From contig JAUXSN010000026.1 in assembly GCA_030679895.1 (NCBI GenBank), positions 24,661 through 88,660 on the forward strand: 64,000 nt of DNA, in the 5' to 3' direction. Each line of letters opens with the position of its first letter. Within the stretch, counting starts at the first letter, position 1. Made by a program: the position numbers and the translations under genes. Source of the stretch: Candidatus Moraniibacteriota bacterium. Lineage in GTDB: Bacteria; Patescibacteriota; Minisyncoccia; Moranbacterales; UBA11712. Below the pieces are notes generated by a model. The model was not told where the DNA came from. It was given only the letters and a program-made list of their open reading frames with translations, and made no database searches. Positions 1 through 9,231 of the stretch are shown piece by piece.

Positions 1-2
1 TC

Positions 3-215
3 GCTCGCTTGAAAAAAGAAAAGATATCTGAAGTGATCATCGCCACCAATCCGACAACTGAAGGCGAAGCCACAGCTCTTTATTTAGCAAGGCTGATAAG
101 ACCTTTGAATATTAAAATCACCCGCCTGGCGCGAGGACTCCCGACAGGAGGAGACATCGAATACGCGGACGAAGCAACTTTAACAGGATCGCTAGAGGGA
201 AGAAAGGAGATGTGA
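3..215 (+). CDS. recR: Recombination mediator RecR, C-terminal part (5' end outside window)
   Basis: [18 protein letters not shown]...[18 protein letters not shown] is the RecR Toprim/C-terminal signature. Confidence 0.95.
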   Translation, partial: ARLKKEKISEVIIATNPTTEGEATALYLARLIRPLNIKITRLARGLPTGGDIEYADEATLTGSLEGRKEM

Positions 216-239
216 AAAATATAAAATTCATTTGAAATT

Positions 240-268
240 AAAAAACAGGCTCTCGATGCCCGTTTTTT
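240..268. terminator. Bidirectional intrinsic terminator between convergent recR and rplU
   Basis: AAAAAACAGGC-loop-GCCCGTTTTTT with A and T tracts on either side. Confidence 0.65.
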
Positions 269-275
269 ATTTTAC

Positions 276-581
276 TTATATTTTCACTATCTCCACTTCC
301 GCCACTTGCTGCCGATGCCCGAATTTCACCTTATACCTTTTCTTTGCCTTGTGCTTTACGCCTGTTACTTTTTTGTCCTTTCCCTGCTTCAAAATCTTTC
401 CTTCAACTTTCGCTCCAGCAACAAAAGGCGCGCCGATCTTTACATCCTTTTCGCCGCCCTGAAAAAGCACTTCCGAAAATTCAACCTTATCTCCGACTTT
501 TCCTTCGATTTTTTCAATTTTGATCTTGTCCCCCTTTTTGACCAGATATTGCTTCCCGCCGGTTTTGATAACTGCTAGCAT
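276..581 (-). CDS. rplU: 50S ribosomal protein L21
   Basis: MLAVIKTGGKQYLV...GHRQ motifs. Confidence 0.97.
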   Translation of the reverse strand: MLAVIKTGGKQYLVKKGDKIKIEKIEGKVGDKVEFSEVLFQGGEKDVKIGAPFVAGAKVEGKILKQGKDKKVTGVKHKAKKRYKVKFGHRQQVAEVEIVKI

Positions 582-644
582 AGTAAATTATTTGAAAATT
601 ACTTATTTAGACTATTAGAGTTTAGCGATTATGTCAAGAAAAAA

Positions 645-718
645 AGTGAACAGTGACCAACGATCAGTGATCAGTAATTTTGAAATATTGATCGCTGTTC
701 ACTGTTCACTGATCACTG
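645..718. repeat. Heptamer-periodic inverted element (AGTGAWC / TGWTCAC units)
   Basis: AGTGAAC AGTGACC AACGATC AGTGATC ... TGATCGC TGTTCAC TGTTCAC TGATCAC; overlaps the HtrA-like stop codon. Confidence 0.85.
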
Positions 719-1927
719 TAAAGTCACCTTAATCTCCATCTCTTGCCCGTCTCTCGCGACCGTGATATTCAGTTCGTCTCCCGGCTTATATTTTGAAACA
801 AGATAAGCCAAGTTTTGTCCGGGATTGACTTCCTCGCCATTGACACTCAAAATTACGTCCGAAATGCGCAATCCCGCTTTGTCCGCCGGACTTCCGGAAA
901 TCACCGCGAGGCCCTGTTGGAGGCTGGGCGAATAGACAAGCGCTCCCCGGTCATATTTATTTCCTGTCAAATAAGAATTTTCCTTATCCAAGCTCAAATA
1001 GTATACTCCCAGGCTTCCCCTTTTTATGGCTCCATTTGCCAGATATTCGTCAATGAGATGCTCGATATGATTAACCGAAATAATGAAATATTGCCGGGTC
1101 TGATCCACTTTTTGAGATCCCAGAATGCCAACCACGTCTCCATTATAATCCGCCGCGGCCGCTCCGACCAAGTTTTCGTCTCCGAGATTGTCAAAAGCCA
1201 TATCGGTTAAAAAAACTCCCTGCAGTTTTTCGGATGTTGCCAAGGGTCCGGAAAGCGAGTATTGCTCGGCGAGCTGGCTGATTAATCCCGATTTATAAAC
1301 AATGCTGGCGTTGCTTTCGCCTCTTCCGATAGCGATAATCTTCGATCCCGTTTTTATATCTTCGGGTGCGATAAAGGACGCGGTAGGAAGATTTTCCGCC
1401 CCATCAACCTTGATGAAAGTCAAACCCGTAAAAGAATCAGTAAGGACCACTCTCCCTTCGAAAGATGTTCCGTCTGACGTGATAATCTTATATTTTGCCG
1501 GATCGGCTAAAATAGCTTCCTGATAAGTGATGATGAGTCCATCAGCAGTCGCGATAAGGCCGCTTCCGAATTTAGTTTGCCCGCTTTGATTGCTTTTTTT
1601 TGAAGAAACTCCGCTAGCGCTCTTTTGCGAGATAATTTCCACGACGCTTGATGCCGATTTATTTGAATAGCGGGAAATATTCTGCTCCTCGCTGACCGTA
1701 ACCTGCTCGGTTTTATTGACCACTACCACATTTTTGGTAGCCTTTTGAAGAAACTTGTATTTATTGAGCCACTTTGCCGTCGTGAGACGCGGGATAAGAG
1801 AGTAGTCGATAATCACGAGACTCGCGCCGGAAAGCGCGAATACCAACAAAACAAAAAAAGCAAACCTGATTATTCGCAGGCCCTTGCGAGACTTATGATC
1901 TTTTTCGCTTTTATTGTTTTCGTTCAT
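713..1927 (-). CDS. Membrane-anchored HtrA/DegP-like trypsin-fold + PDZ protein, catalytic triad apparently lost
   Basis: N-terminal TM; GSGLIATADGLII; PDZ motif GSPADKAGLRISDVILSVNG; start placed at ATG 1927 just after the upstream gene's stop. Confidence 0.85.
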   Translation of the reverse strand: MNENNKSEKDHKSRKGLRIIRFAFFVLLVFALSGASLVIIDYSLIPRLTTAKWLNKYKFLQKATKNVVVVNKTEQVTVSEEQNISRYSNKSASSVVEIISQKSASGVSSKKSNQSGQTKFGSGLIATADGLIITYQEAILADPAKYKIITSDGTSFEGRVVLTDSFTGLTFIKVDGAENLPTASFIAPEDIKTGSKIIAIGRGESNASIVYKSGLISQLAEQYSLSGPLATSEKLQGVFLTDMAFDNLGDENLVGAAAADYNGDVVGILGSQKVDQTRQYFIISVNHIEHLIDEYLANGAIKRGSLGVYYLSLDKENSYLTGNKYDRGALVYSPSLQQGLAVISGSPADKAGLRISDVILSVNGEEVNPGQNLAYLVSKYKPGDELNITVARDGQEMEIKVTLQ

Positions 1928-1929
1928 TG

Positions 1930-2673
1930 CTAGATTATCGGGTACCATTTGGTGCTCAAGAGTAAGATTGAGGCAGTCCCGGCCAAAAAAAATAAATTGA
2001 AAACTATTTTTCGAGCTGTTAGTTTTTCCGTAAAATAATTGCGGATAATATCCCAGCTGACGTAGTAGATTATGAGAGCAATAACTCCCGTTGTCAAGTA
2101 ACCGAAAGGCCAAAAATTTTGGATCCAGATAGCTCCCGCCATAAGATAAGCAAGATATACGGAATAGAGAACGCGCTGATAGCGGTTTATTTCAAGCTTA
2201 TTTATCATAATTAAGATATGCGAAACCAAAAAAGTAATTGCGGCAAAAACCGCCATAATATACCAAACTGACACCTGAATATTGAGATACCAGCCGTAAA
2301 CCGAAGTGTACCAGCAAAAAAGAGCGGCCAGCGCGGCCAAATTGACCATTGCCTTGGCTGTTTGATCCTTATCATATTTTCTCAACCGATAACCGGCCAA
2401 AATAGCCAGATAAAAAACGCCGCTTATGAGAAAAATGAATGCCTTGGCTTGGGCGGGAGAATCAATGAGCGGGAGAAGCAGGAGCGCTCCTACCGTCAAA
2501 AGAGCCAACAGAAAAAAGAAGCGGAAATTTCGAGCAATCAGCCTCACTCCGATTAATAACGCCGCCGCGAATATTCCGATAATCCAAAAAGCCCGGTCCG
2601 GATAATCAAAAACCAGCCAGAGCGCCGCCAGATTTATGAAACTTAAAAAAAAGACGCCGAATTCCCAAATCAT
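1930..2673 (-). CDS. Multi-pass membrane protein of unknown function
   Basis: 247 aa with about 8 hydrophobic segments; tightly packed between clpB and the HtrA-like gene. Confidence 0.8.
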   Translation of the reverse strand: MIWEFGVFFLSFINLAALWLVFDYPDRAFWIIGIFAAALLIGVRLIARNFRFFFLLALLTVGALLLLPLIDSPAQAKAFIFLISGVFYLAILAGYRLRKYDKDQTAKAMVNLAALAALFCWYTSVYGWYLNIQVSVWYIMAVFAAITFLVSHILIMINKLEINRYQRVLYSVYLAYLMAGAIWIQNFWPFGYLTTGVIALIIYYVSWDIIRNYFTEKLTARKIVFNLFFLAGTASILLLSTKWYPII

Positions 2674-2682
2674 ATTTGCTAA

Positions 2683-5292
2683 TTACTGAATTACGATCTT
2701 ATCCTCTTTCGCGCCCACTTTTACTCTGTCTCCCTCTTTTATTTTCCCTTCCACAATCCGCAGCGCCAATTCGTCCAAAACCATACTTTGAATAGCCCGT
2801 TTTAGAGGACGGGCTCCGTATATCGGATCAAAACCGGATCGAGCCAGAAGATCTTCCGCTTCCGGACTGACATTCAGCTTGATATGTTTCTCCGAGAGCC
2901 TTTTGCGCACCAGATCCAATTGCATATCGACTATTTTTTTGATTTCACCCGTCCCAAGCGGATGGAAAATTATTATTTCATCCAAGCGATTCAAAAATTC
3001 CGGTTTGAATTTTTCGCGAAGAGACTGCATAACGCGATCTTTCATTTCTTCCTCCCGGAAGCCGAATTCTTTTACTTTTCCTTCTTGAAAACCGATTTCC
3101 TGCATTTTGTATATTATTTCCGATCCGACATTTGAAGTCATTACGATAACAGTGTTTTTGAAATTGACCATGCGGCCTTTCGCGTCGGTAAGGCGTCCGT
3201 CGTCGAGAATCTGTAGCAGAACATTGAAAACATCCGGATGGGCTTTTTCAATTTCGTCGAATAAAATCAGGCTGTACGGCCGGCGGCGCACTTTTTCCGT
3301 GAGCTGGCCGCCTTCCTCGTGGCCGATATAGCCGGGGGGAGACCCGATCATCTTTGCCACACTGTGCTGTTCCATATATTCGCTCATATCCACCCTGATC
3401 ATGGCATTTTCATCGTTAAAAAGAAATTCCGCCAAGGTTCTCGCCAGCTCGGTCTTGCCGACACCGGTCGGACCTAAAAATATAAAAGACCCGATTGGCT
3501 TATTTTCTTCGCCGATTCCGGCTCGTGATCTTCGAAGAGCATTCGCTACCGATTTTATGGCTTCGTTTTGACCGACAATCCGCATCTTCAGTTTTTCTTC
3601 CGCTTTAGCCAATTTTTCCATCTCGCCCTCAAGCATTTTGGAAACCGGTATTCCTGTCCAGCGCGATACCGCCCGGGCGATGTCTTCTTCGGTCACTTCT
3701 TCCTTGAGGATGGGATTTTTGCTCTGAATGGCCGTTAACTTTTTTTGTTCGGCTCTGATTTTTTTCTCCAGCTCCGGAATTTTTCCATAGCGGATTTCAG
3801 CTACCCGGCTCAATTCGCCTTGCTGTTCAAAAATATCCGATTCTCCCCGCAGCCGCTCCATTTCACTTTTATGCGAACGGATGTTCGTTATCAATTCTTT
3901 CTCGCTTTTCCACTGCAATTTCCATTTGTTGGCTCTCTCATTTATATCAGCCAGCCTTCTTCCGATATCTTTCAATTTATCTTTCACTCCTTTGTTTTTT
4001 TCTTTTTTAAGGCCTTCTTTCTCGATTTCAAGCCGCCTTTTTTGCCTATCCAGGTCGTCAATTTCCGCGGGCAAACTGTCAATCTCCATCCGGAGAGCCG
4101 ACGCCGCCTCGTCAACAAGATCCACAGCCTTGTCCGGCAGATTTCGATCGGCAATATAACGGCTGGAAAGCCGGGCCGCCGCGATGATCGCTTCGTCCGT
4201 CACCCGGACTCCATGATGAATTTCGTATTTTTCTTTGAGACCCCGGAGAATAGCGATTGTGTCTTCAATAGAAGGCTCATTGACATAAACCGGCTGGAAT
4301 CTTCGCTCCAAAGCCGCGTCTCGTTCAATATAGCGCTGATATTCCTTGAGAGTCGTCGCGCCGATAGCCCGGATCTTTCCGCGGGCCAAAGCCGGCTTGA
4401 TCATATTGGACGCGTCCATAGTCCCTTCCATGGCTCCGGCGCCGACAAGGGTGTGCAACTCATCAATAAAGAGGATATATTTTCCCGCTGACTTTTCTAT
4501 TTCGGAAAGAACCGCTTTGAACCTTTCCTCAAATTCACCTCTGAACTTGGAACCGGCAAGGAGCAAACCCAGATCCAGCATCAGTATTTCTTTTCCCTTG
4601 AGGCTTTCCGGGACGTCGGAGGAGATAATCCTTTGCGCCAATCCTTCCGCAATCGCGGTTTTTCCTGTTCCCGCTTCGCCGATAAGTACCGGGTTATTTT
4701 TTGTCCGGCGCGTCAGGACCTGCATCACCCTTCGGATTTCTTCCTCGCGGCCAATCACAGGATCCAGCTTCTTTTCGGCCGCTTCTTTGGTCAAATTTAT
4801 CGTATATTTTTCCAGAACTTGGTATTTTCCTTCCGGCGTCGGACTGTCCACCCGTTGATTTCCCCTCACTTCTTTCATAATTTTGAGCGCTATTTCAATA
4901 TTAACTTTATTTTCTTCGAGTATTTTCTTGGCGCGGCTCGGCACAGTAAGCAAAGCCAGAAAAAGATGTTCCGTGCTGATAAACTCATCTCCAAGATTTT
5001 GGGCCTGCTTGAAGCCTTCCTGAAGAATGCCGGCCATTTCGGAAGAAAGATAGAATTGTGGCGCCCCCGTCACTTTCGGTATTTTCTCAATTTCCGAAAA
5101 AACCCTTTCCTTAAGCTTTTTATTGTCTATCTCCAGCTTGTTGATAATCGTCGGCACTATGCTTTCCGCTTGCCCCAGGAGGACATAGAACAAATGCAAA
5201 ACATCCACCACATTTTGTTGTTGGGCCTGGGAAATCTGCTGGGCTCCCTGAAGAGCTTCTTGCGACTTTAAAGTAAGTTTATTTAAATCCAT
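2683..5292 (-). CDS. clpB: ATP-dependent chaperone ClpB
   Basis: Two AAA+ modules (GEAGTGKT, GPTGVGKT), middle coiled coil, GARPLKR. Confidence 0.96.
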   Translation of the reverse strand: MDLNKLTLKSQEALQGAQQISQAQQQNVVDVLHLFYVLLGQAESIVPTIINKLEIDNKKLKERVFSEIEKIPKVTGAPQFYLSSEMAGILQEGFKQAQNLGDEFISTEHLFLALLTVPSRAKKILEENKVNIEIALKIMKEVRGNQRVDSPTPEGKYQVLEKYTINLTKEAAEKKLDPVIGREEEIRRVMQVLTRRTKNNPVLIGEAGTGKTAIAEGLAQRIISSDVPESLKGKEILMLDLGLLLAGSKFRGEFEERFKAVLSEIEKSAGKYILFIDELHTLVGAGAMEGTMDASNMIKPALARGKIRAIGATTLKEYQRYIERDAALERRFQPVYVNEPSIEDTIAILRGLKEKYEIHHGVRVTDEAIIAAARLSSRYIADRNLPDKAVDLVDEAASALRMEIDSLPAEIDDLDRQKRRLEIEKEGLKKEKNKGVKDKLKDIGRRLADINERANKWKLQWKSEKELITNIRSHKSEMERLRGESDIFEQQGELSRVAEIRYGKIPELEKKIRAEQKKLTAIQSKNPILKEEVTEEDIARAVSRWTGIPVSKMLEGEMEKLAKAEEKLKMRIVGQNEAIKSVANALRRSRAGIGEENKPIGSFIFLGPTGVGKTELARTLAEFLFNDENAMIRVDMSEYMEQHSVAKMIGSPPGYIGHEEGGQLTEKVRRRPYSLILFDEIEKAHPDVFNVLLQILDDGRLTDAKGRMVNFKNTVIVMTSNVGSEIIYKMQEIGFQEGKVKEFGFREEEMKDRVMQSLREKFKPEFLNRLDEIIIFHPLGTGEIKKIVDMQLDLVRKRLSEKHIKLNVSPEAEDLLARSGFDPIYGARPLKRAIQSMVLDELALRIVEGKIKEGDRVKVGAKEDKIVIQ

Positions 5293-5341
5293 AATTTAAA
5301 ATTTCTCCCCTGCCCGAAGGGTGGAGGGGTGGAAGCTGTTA

Positions 5342-5368
5342 TTAGCACTCTCGTCATCCGAGTGCTAG
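5342..5368 (-). promoter_or_regulatory. CIRCE operator (HrcA site) upstream of clpB
   Basis: TTAGCACTC-N9-GAGTGCTAG, one mismatch to the CIRCE consensus. Confidence 0.92.
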
Positions 5369-5371
5369 TTT

Positions 5372-5399
5372 ATTATAGCTTTTCAGCGTGATCTGTCAA
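5372..5399 (-). promoter_or_regulatory. Sigma70-type promoter of clpB
   Basis: TTGACA-16 nt-TATAAT on the minus strand immediately upstream of the CIRCE. Confidence 0.8.
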
Positions 5400-5477
5400 G
5401 ACTTACTACGCAACGCGCCCGATTCTATTTTTCCCAATATTCAATGTTGGGTGGCTGTATGCTGAGTTGGGTTTAGG

Positions 5478-5741
5478 TTATAGCACGGCTCTATTCAGAA
5501 TATTTTCTATTACCCAATATTTATAATCGCCGATATCAAAATACGTATATTGTTTAGAATAAAACTTTGCAGTATAGCCGTTCTTTTTTATAAACTTATC
5601 GAATACATCAAAGATCTTTTTATCATTTTCAGATAAATTATCCCTCACAATGTAGTGGTGCGGTATCTCGGACATAGTTTTTGCGAATAACCACTCATTT
5701 TTTTCAACTAGTTTGCAAAACTTTTTATCAATACACTGCAT
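5478..5741 (-). CDS. Small hypothetical protein (low GC, accessory)
   Basis: 87-aa ATG ORF, WLFAKTMSEIPHHYIVR; AT-rich relative to the flanks. Confidence 0.7.
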   Translation of the reverse strand: MQCIDKKFCKLVEKNEWLFAKTMSEIPHHYIVRDNLSENDKKIFDVFDKFIKKNGYTAKFYSKQYTYFDIGDYKYWVIENILNRAVL

Positions 5742-5746
5742 AATGT

Positions 5747-5998
5747 TTAAATTTCAAATTTATCCGGTATTTCAGACAATGGATTATCCGAGTCTATCCT
5801 CACGGTGATCGAATCTTCTTTTTTGCGCTTGGAAACAAACTTGATTCCCTTGATAAAAGACATGGTTTGTTCGTTGTTTTGTTTTTTCAAGATTTGATAG
5901 ATGCCAGCTTCAATCCTTGCCCATATACTATCAAGAATATATGCGGAAAGCAAAAATACTGCCGTAAAAAGCAGTACATTTTCCTGATAAACAAAGGC
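5747..5998 (-). pseudogene. Probable 5'-truncated gene remnant, in frame with the rhuM-like stop codon
   Basis: Frame stays open from 5998 (AFVYQENVLLFTAVFLLSAYILDSIW...) to 5747 with no convincing start. Confidence 0.4.
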
Positions 5999-6604
5999 CT
6001 ATTCCTTCTTTTTCAACAACTTTTTCACTTCCCGATCGAAATCGGAGATATAATTTTTGTCCTGTTTTTTGCGATATTTTTCGAATTCTTTCAATGCCAG
6101 CGTTTCCGCCACTTCATGGCTGATTTTTCCCGCATTCATCAATATCTCATATTCGCTGAATTTCAAAAAAGCGTTCAGTTTTTTTATCCAGTCTTTCATG
6201 GTCATCACTCTGCCGCGCGCCGCTTGCAACTCGGCGTAATCAAGATACATATTGCCGATGCTGTTGAGATGAGCTAGTTCCTTTTTGTCCAAATAATTTT
6301 TGGCAATCACCGCGTCACTTGGCATGATTTTCCCCTGTGGAGAGCGCCGCCAGGAAGTCAATCCCATTTTTTCTTTTTGAACTTGTAAGAAATCTTTACA
6401 AGTTGCCAGTTCATCCAATTCACCTTCCGTATAAATATTCCTAAGATGCTGGGTAATATTTTGAGGTGTCGTATCAAAAAGCTCCGCCATACGTTTTTGC
6501 GGCAACCAAATATTTTCTTCAGCATAAAGCACCTCGATATTAACCGACCCATCCGGCGCCTGATAAAAAGCGATTTGATTGTCCGGTATCTTTTTTCTTT
6601 TCAT
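5999..6604 (-). CDS. RhuM-family protein with an apparent internal deletion
   Basis: N-terminal ENIWLPQKRMAELF..NITQHLRNIY..GEL and C-terminal MGLTSW..IAKNYL..MTMKDW..AGKISHE are joined directly. Confidence 0.85.
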   Translation of the reverse strand: MKRKKIPDNQIAFYQAPDGSVNIEVLYAEENIWLPQKRMAELFDTTPQNITQHLRNIYTEGELDELATCKDFLQVQKEKMGLTSWRRSPQGKIMPSDAVIAKNYLDKKELAHLNSIGNMYLDYAELQAARGRVMTMKDWIKKLNAFLKFSEYEILMNAGKISHEVAETLALKEFEKYRKKQDKNYISDFDREVKKLLKKKE

Positions 6605-6635
6605 GGATTAATTAAGTCATATTTTTACCTCGTAT

Positions 6636-7256
6636 CTACCCTATCAACGGCACAAAAGCGAACCCCGGAAATTCTTCTTCGCGGAATTCTTTCGCAGATA
6701 TTTTTTCAAAAACCCAGATGCTGTTTTCAATGGGGATGACTAACCGCCCGCCAACGGCCAGTTGTTTTTTGAGATCTTTCGGAACTTCCGAAGCCGCGGC
6801 TGACACCAGTATTCTTTTATAGGGCGCTTCGTTTACATAACCCTTTGTGCCATCGGCGCAAATTATTTTGGCTCTCCCCCCTTCTATCAAGTGATATTTG
6901 CTAAGATTATTTATCCCGAAATCGCGAAGACTTTTGATTCTTTCCAGGCCGACCACTTTTCCATGCTTGCCGACAATATGCGCGAGAAGCGCGGTTGTCC
7001 ACCCCGAACCGGAACCGACATCGAGAACTTTATCGCCCGGCTGGGACCCAAGTTTTTCCAGCATAAAAGCCACGGTGAGTGGCTGGGAAATTGTCTGGCC
7101 TTGCCCGATGGGAAGCGGAATATTCGCCTGCGCCGCCGACTGCAGATCGTCCGGTAAAAAATCAATCCGCTTTATTTTTGAAAAAGCCTCGATAACGCGG
7201 TCGGTTTTGAGATAGCCTTGATAGATAAGATCGCGGACAAGAGAATCCATATGCAA
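6636..7256 (-). CDS. pcm: Protein-L-isoaspartate O-methyltransferase
   Basis: PLPIGQGQTISQP, VLDVGSGSGW, GGRLVIP, FVPL. Confidence 0.95.
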   Translation of the reverse strand: MHMDSLVRDLIYQGYLKTDRVIEAFSKIKRIDFLPDDLQSAAQANIPLPIGQGQTISQPLTVAFMLEKLGSQPGDKVLDVGSGSGWTTALLAHIVGKHGKVVGLERIKSLRDFGINNLSKYHLIEGGRAKIICADGTKGYVNEAPYKRILVSAAASEVPKDLKKQLAVGGRLVIPIENSIWVFEKISAKEFREEEFPGFAFVPLIG

Positions 7257-7257
7257 T

Positions 7258-7407
7258 AAAATCTAAATATCAAAATCCAAATGTTCCCGCTAAAGCGGGA
7301 TCCCGCCGTGGCGGTGACAAATCAAGCTCAAAATCTAAAATCTAAAAAATCTTGACATTTGGATTTTTGATTTGATTTGACATTTGAGCTTTGGATTTTT
7401 GATTTCC
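7258..7407. repeat. Heptamer-periodic inverted element (AAATCYA / TGGATTT units) with a nested GC double hairpin at 7284-7321
   Basis: Left arm AAATCTA AATATCA AAATCCA; right arm TTTGGATTTTTGATTTGATTTGACATTTGAGCTTTGGATTTTTGATTT. Confidence 0.85.
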
Positions 7408-7410
7408 AAG

Positions 7411-7851
7411 TTATTCGCCGATAACTTGAACTATAATATTTCTCTTCCTTCCCCCATCCAGTTCGACCATGAAAATATTCTGCCTTTCTCCCAAAAGCAG
7501 CTTGCCCTCTTCAATCGGAACCGCCTCGCTCACGCCCAAAATCAAATTTTTACAATGGCTGTGGCCGTTGCTCCTTCCATCCGATTTCAATCCGGACTTG
7601 AGTTCAAAAAGATCGTGCGAATATCTCTCATCAATCGGAACAAGTTTATAAAGCAGCCGCTGAAAATCCTGCATAAGCAAGGATTCGTTTTGATTGATTG
7701 AAATACCGACAGTAGTATGGGGAGAAAACACCAGAACCTGGCCGTTCTTTATCTTCGACTCTTTTACCGCTTCTTCAACTTCGTGAGTGATGTCAATAAA
7801 TTCAATCTGGCTGTGGGATTCTTTTTCGATTTTTTGTTTGTATATCTTCAT
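7411..7851 (-). CDS. yjbQ: YjbQ/UPF0047 family protein
   Basis: FIDIT, PHTTVGISINQNE, NGHSH, QNIFMVELDG. Confidence 0.92.
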   Translation of the reverse strand: MKIYKQKIEKESHSQIEFIDITHEVEEAVKESKIKNGQVLVFSPHTTVGISINQNESLLMQDFQRLLYKLVPIDERYSHDLFELKSGLKSDGRSNGHSHCKNLILGVSEAVPIEEGKLLLGERQNIFMVELDGGRKRNIIVQVIGE

Positions 7852-7857
7852 AATGCT

Positions 7858-7966
7858 AAATAAGAAATTAAATATAAGAAAGAAAAAATAAATAGTAGAA
7901 ATAAGAAAGAAAAATATTTTTAATCTCTTATTTTTATATCTTCTTTTTTATATTTCATATCTTATT
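7858..7966. repeat. AT-rich inverted low-complexity element (AAATAAG / CTTATTT units)
   Basis: A-rich left arm mirrored by a T-rich right arm; overlaps the malic enzyme stop. Confidence 0.6.
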
Positions 7967-9074
7967 TAAACATTCCCGCCACCGCCTTTGTCACCCTTCT
8001 ATCCAGCACCTCTGGCACTATTTTATCGTACTTTGGCTTTTTTACCAAGCCGGCAATCGCTTCAGCCGCTTTTATCTTTATTTTGTCCGTGATAAATCGC
8101 GTTCTCGTGTCCAGCGCGCCTCGAAAAATTCCGGGGAAAACGAGGGCATTATTGATTTGATTGGGAAAATCGCTCCGACCCGTCGCAACTATCAACGCTC
8201 CTCCAGATTTGGCTTCTTTATAGGATATTTCGGGAACAGGATTGCTCATCGCGAAAACAACGGCATCTTTATTCATCTTTTGAATATCGTCGGCTTTCAA
8301 TAAATTCGGCGCTGAAACACCGATGAAAATATCCGCCCCGACCAGCGCGTTTCCTAAGTTGCCTTTGTATTTTTCCCGATTGGTTATTTGGGAGATTTTC
8401 TTTTTCTCTTCGTTTCCGCCGATATTTCGGCCATGATAAATCGCTCCTTTACTGTCAAAGGTAATAATATTTTTTGCCCCGTATTTCAAAAGCAGTTTCG
8501 TGATCGCAATCCCCGCCGCTCCCGCCCCCGAGATTACTATTTTTATATTTTTTATATCTTTTCCGACAACTTTTAGAGCGTTGATGAACCCGGCCAGTAC
8601 CGCAATAGCCGTTCCATGCTGATCATCATGAAAAACGGGAATGTCAAGTTCCTCGATCAAGCGCCGCTCTATCTCAAAGCATCTCGGCGCGGAAATATCC
8701 TCCAAATTTATCCCGCCGAATGTCGGTGCGATATATTTTACGGCTTTTATTATTTCTTCGGTATCTTGAGTCGCCAAAACAATCGGCACCGCGTCAACTC
8801 CGCTCAACTCTTTGAACAAAGCTACTTTCCCCTCCATCACCGGCAAGGCCGCTTCCGGACCCAGGTTTCCCAAACCCAAAACAGCGCTGCCATCCGAAAC
8901 GATCGCCACGCTGTTTTTTTTCCAGGTAAGGTCGTATACTTTCTTTTTATTTTTCGCAATGGCTCTTGAAAGTTCGGCCACACCGGGAGTATAGATTATC
9001 GGTAAATTACGCTTAGTTAATTTAAATTTACTTTTAATTTCAATTTTTGAGCCTAAAATTTTTTTCACTTCCAA
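7962..9074 (-). CDS. NAD(P)-dependent malic enzyme (short type)
   Basis: YTPGVA, SDGSAVLGLG, PVMEGK, INLEDI, FHDDQHGT, GAGAAG, TGRSDFPNQINN. Confidence 0.95.
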   Translation of the reverse strand: MEVKKILGSKIEIKSKFKLTKRNLPIIYTPGVAELSRAIAKNKKKVYDLTWKKNSVAIVSDGSAVLGLGNLGPEAALPVMEGKVALFKELSGVDAVPIVLATQDTEEIIKAVKYIAPTFGGINLEDISAPRCFEIERRLIEELDIPVFHDDQHGTAIAVLAGFINALKVVGKDIKNIKIVISGAGAAGIAITKLLLKYGAKNIITFDSKGAIYHGRNIGGNEEKKKISQITNREKYKGNLGNALVGADIFIGVSAPNLLKADDIQKMNKDAVVFAMSNPVPEISYKEAKSGGALIVATGRSDFPNQINNALVFPGIFRGALDTRTRFITDKIKIKAAEAIAGLVKKPKYDKIVPEVLDRRVTKAVAGMFK

Positions 9075-9195
9075 TTTTCAATTTTCAATGATCAATTTTC
9101 AAACAATTTACAATGATCAATTTTCAAACAAATTCGCATTGTTAATTGAAAATTGAAAATTCATTGAAAATTGTAAATTGATAATTGAAAATTTT
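9072..9195. repeat. Heptamer-periodic inverted element (CAATTTT / GAAAATT units)
   Basis: CAATTTTCAATTTTCAATG... mirrored by TTGAAAATTGAAAATTCATTGAAAATTGTAAATTGATAATTGAAAATT. Confidence 0.88.
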
Positions 9196-9231
9196 TAATA
9201 AAAATACTGAAAATAATCCTCAAATAGCACA

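Noticed and set aside
5407-5483. Integron attC-like site after the 87-aa ORF (TATAAC ... GTTGCGT with an inner hairpin)
   Set aside because: R' does not fit GTTRRRY, L-box pairing and spacing are poor, it is a single site, and there is no integrase.
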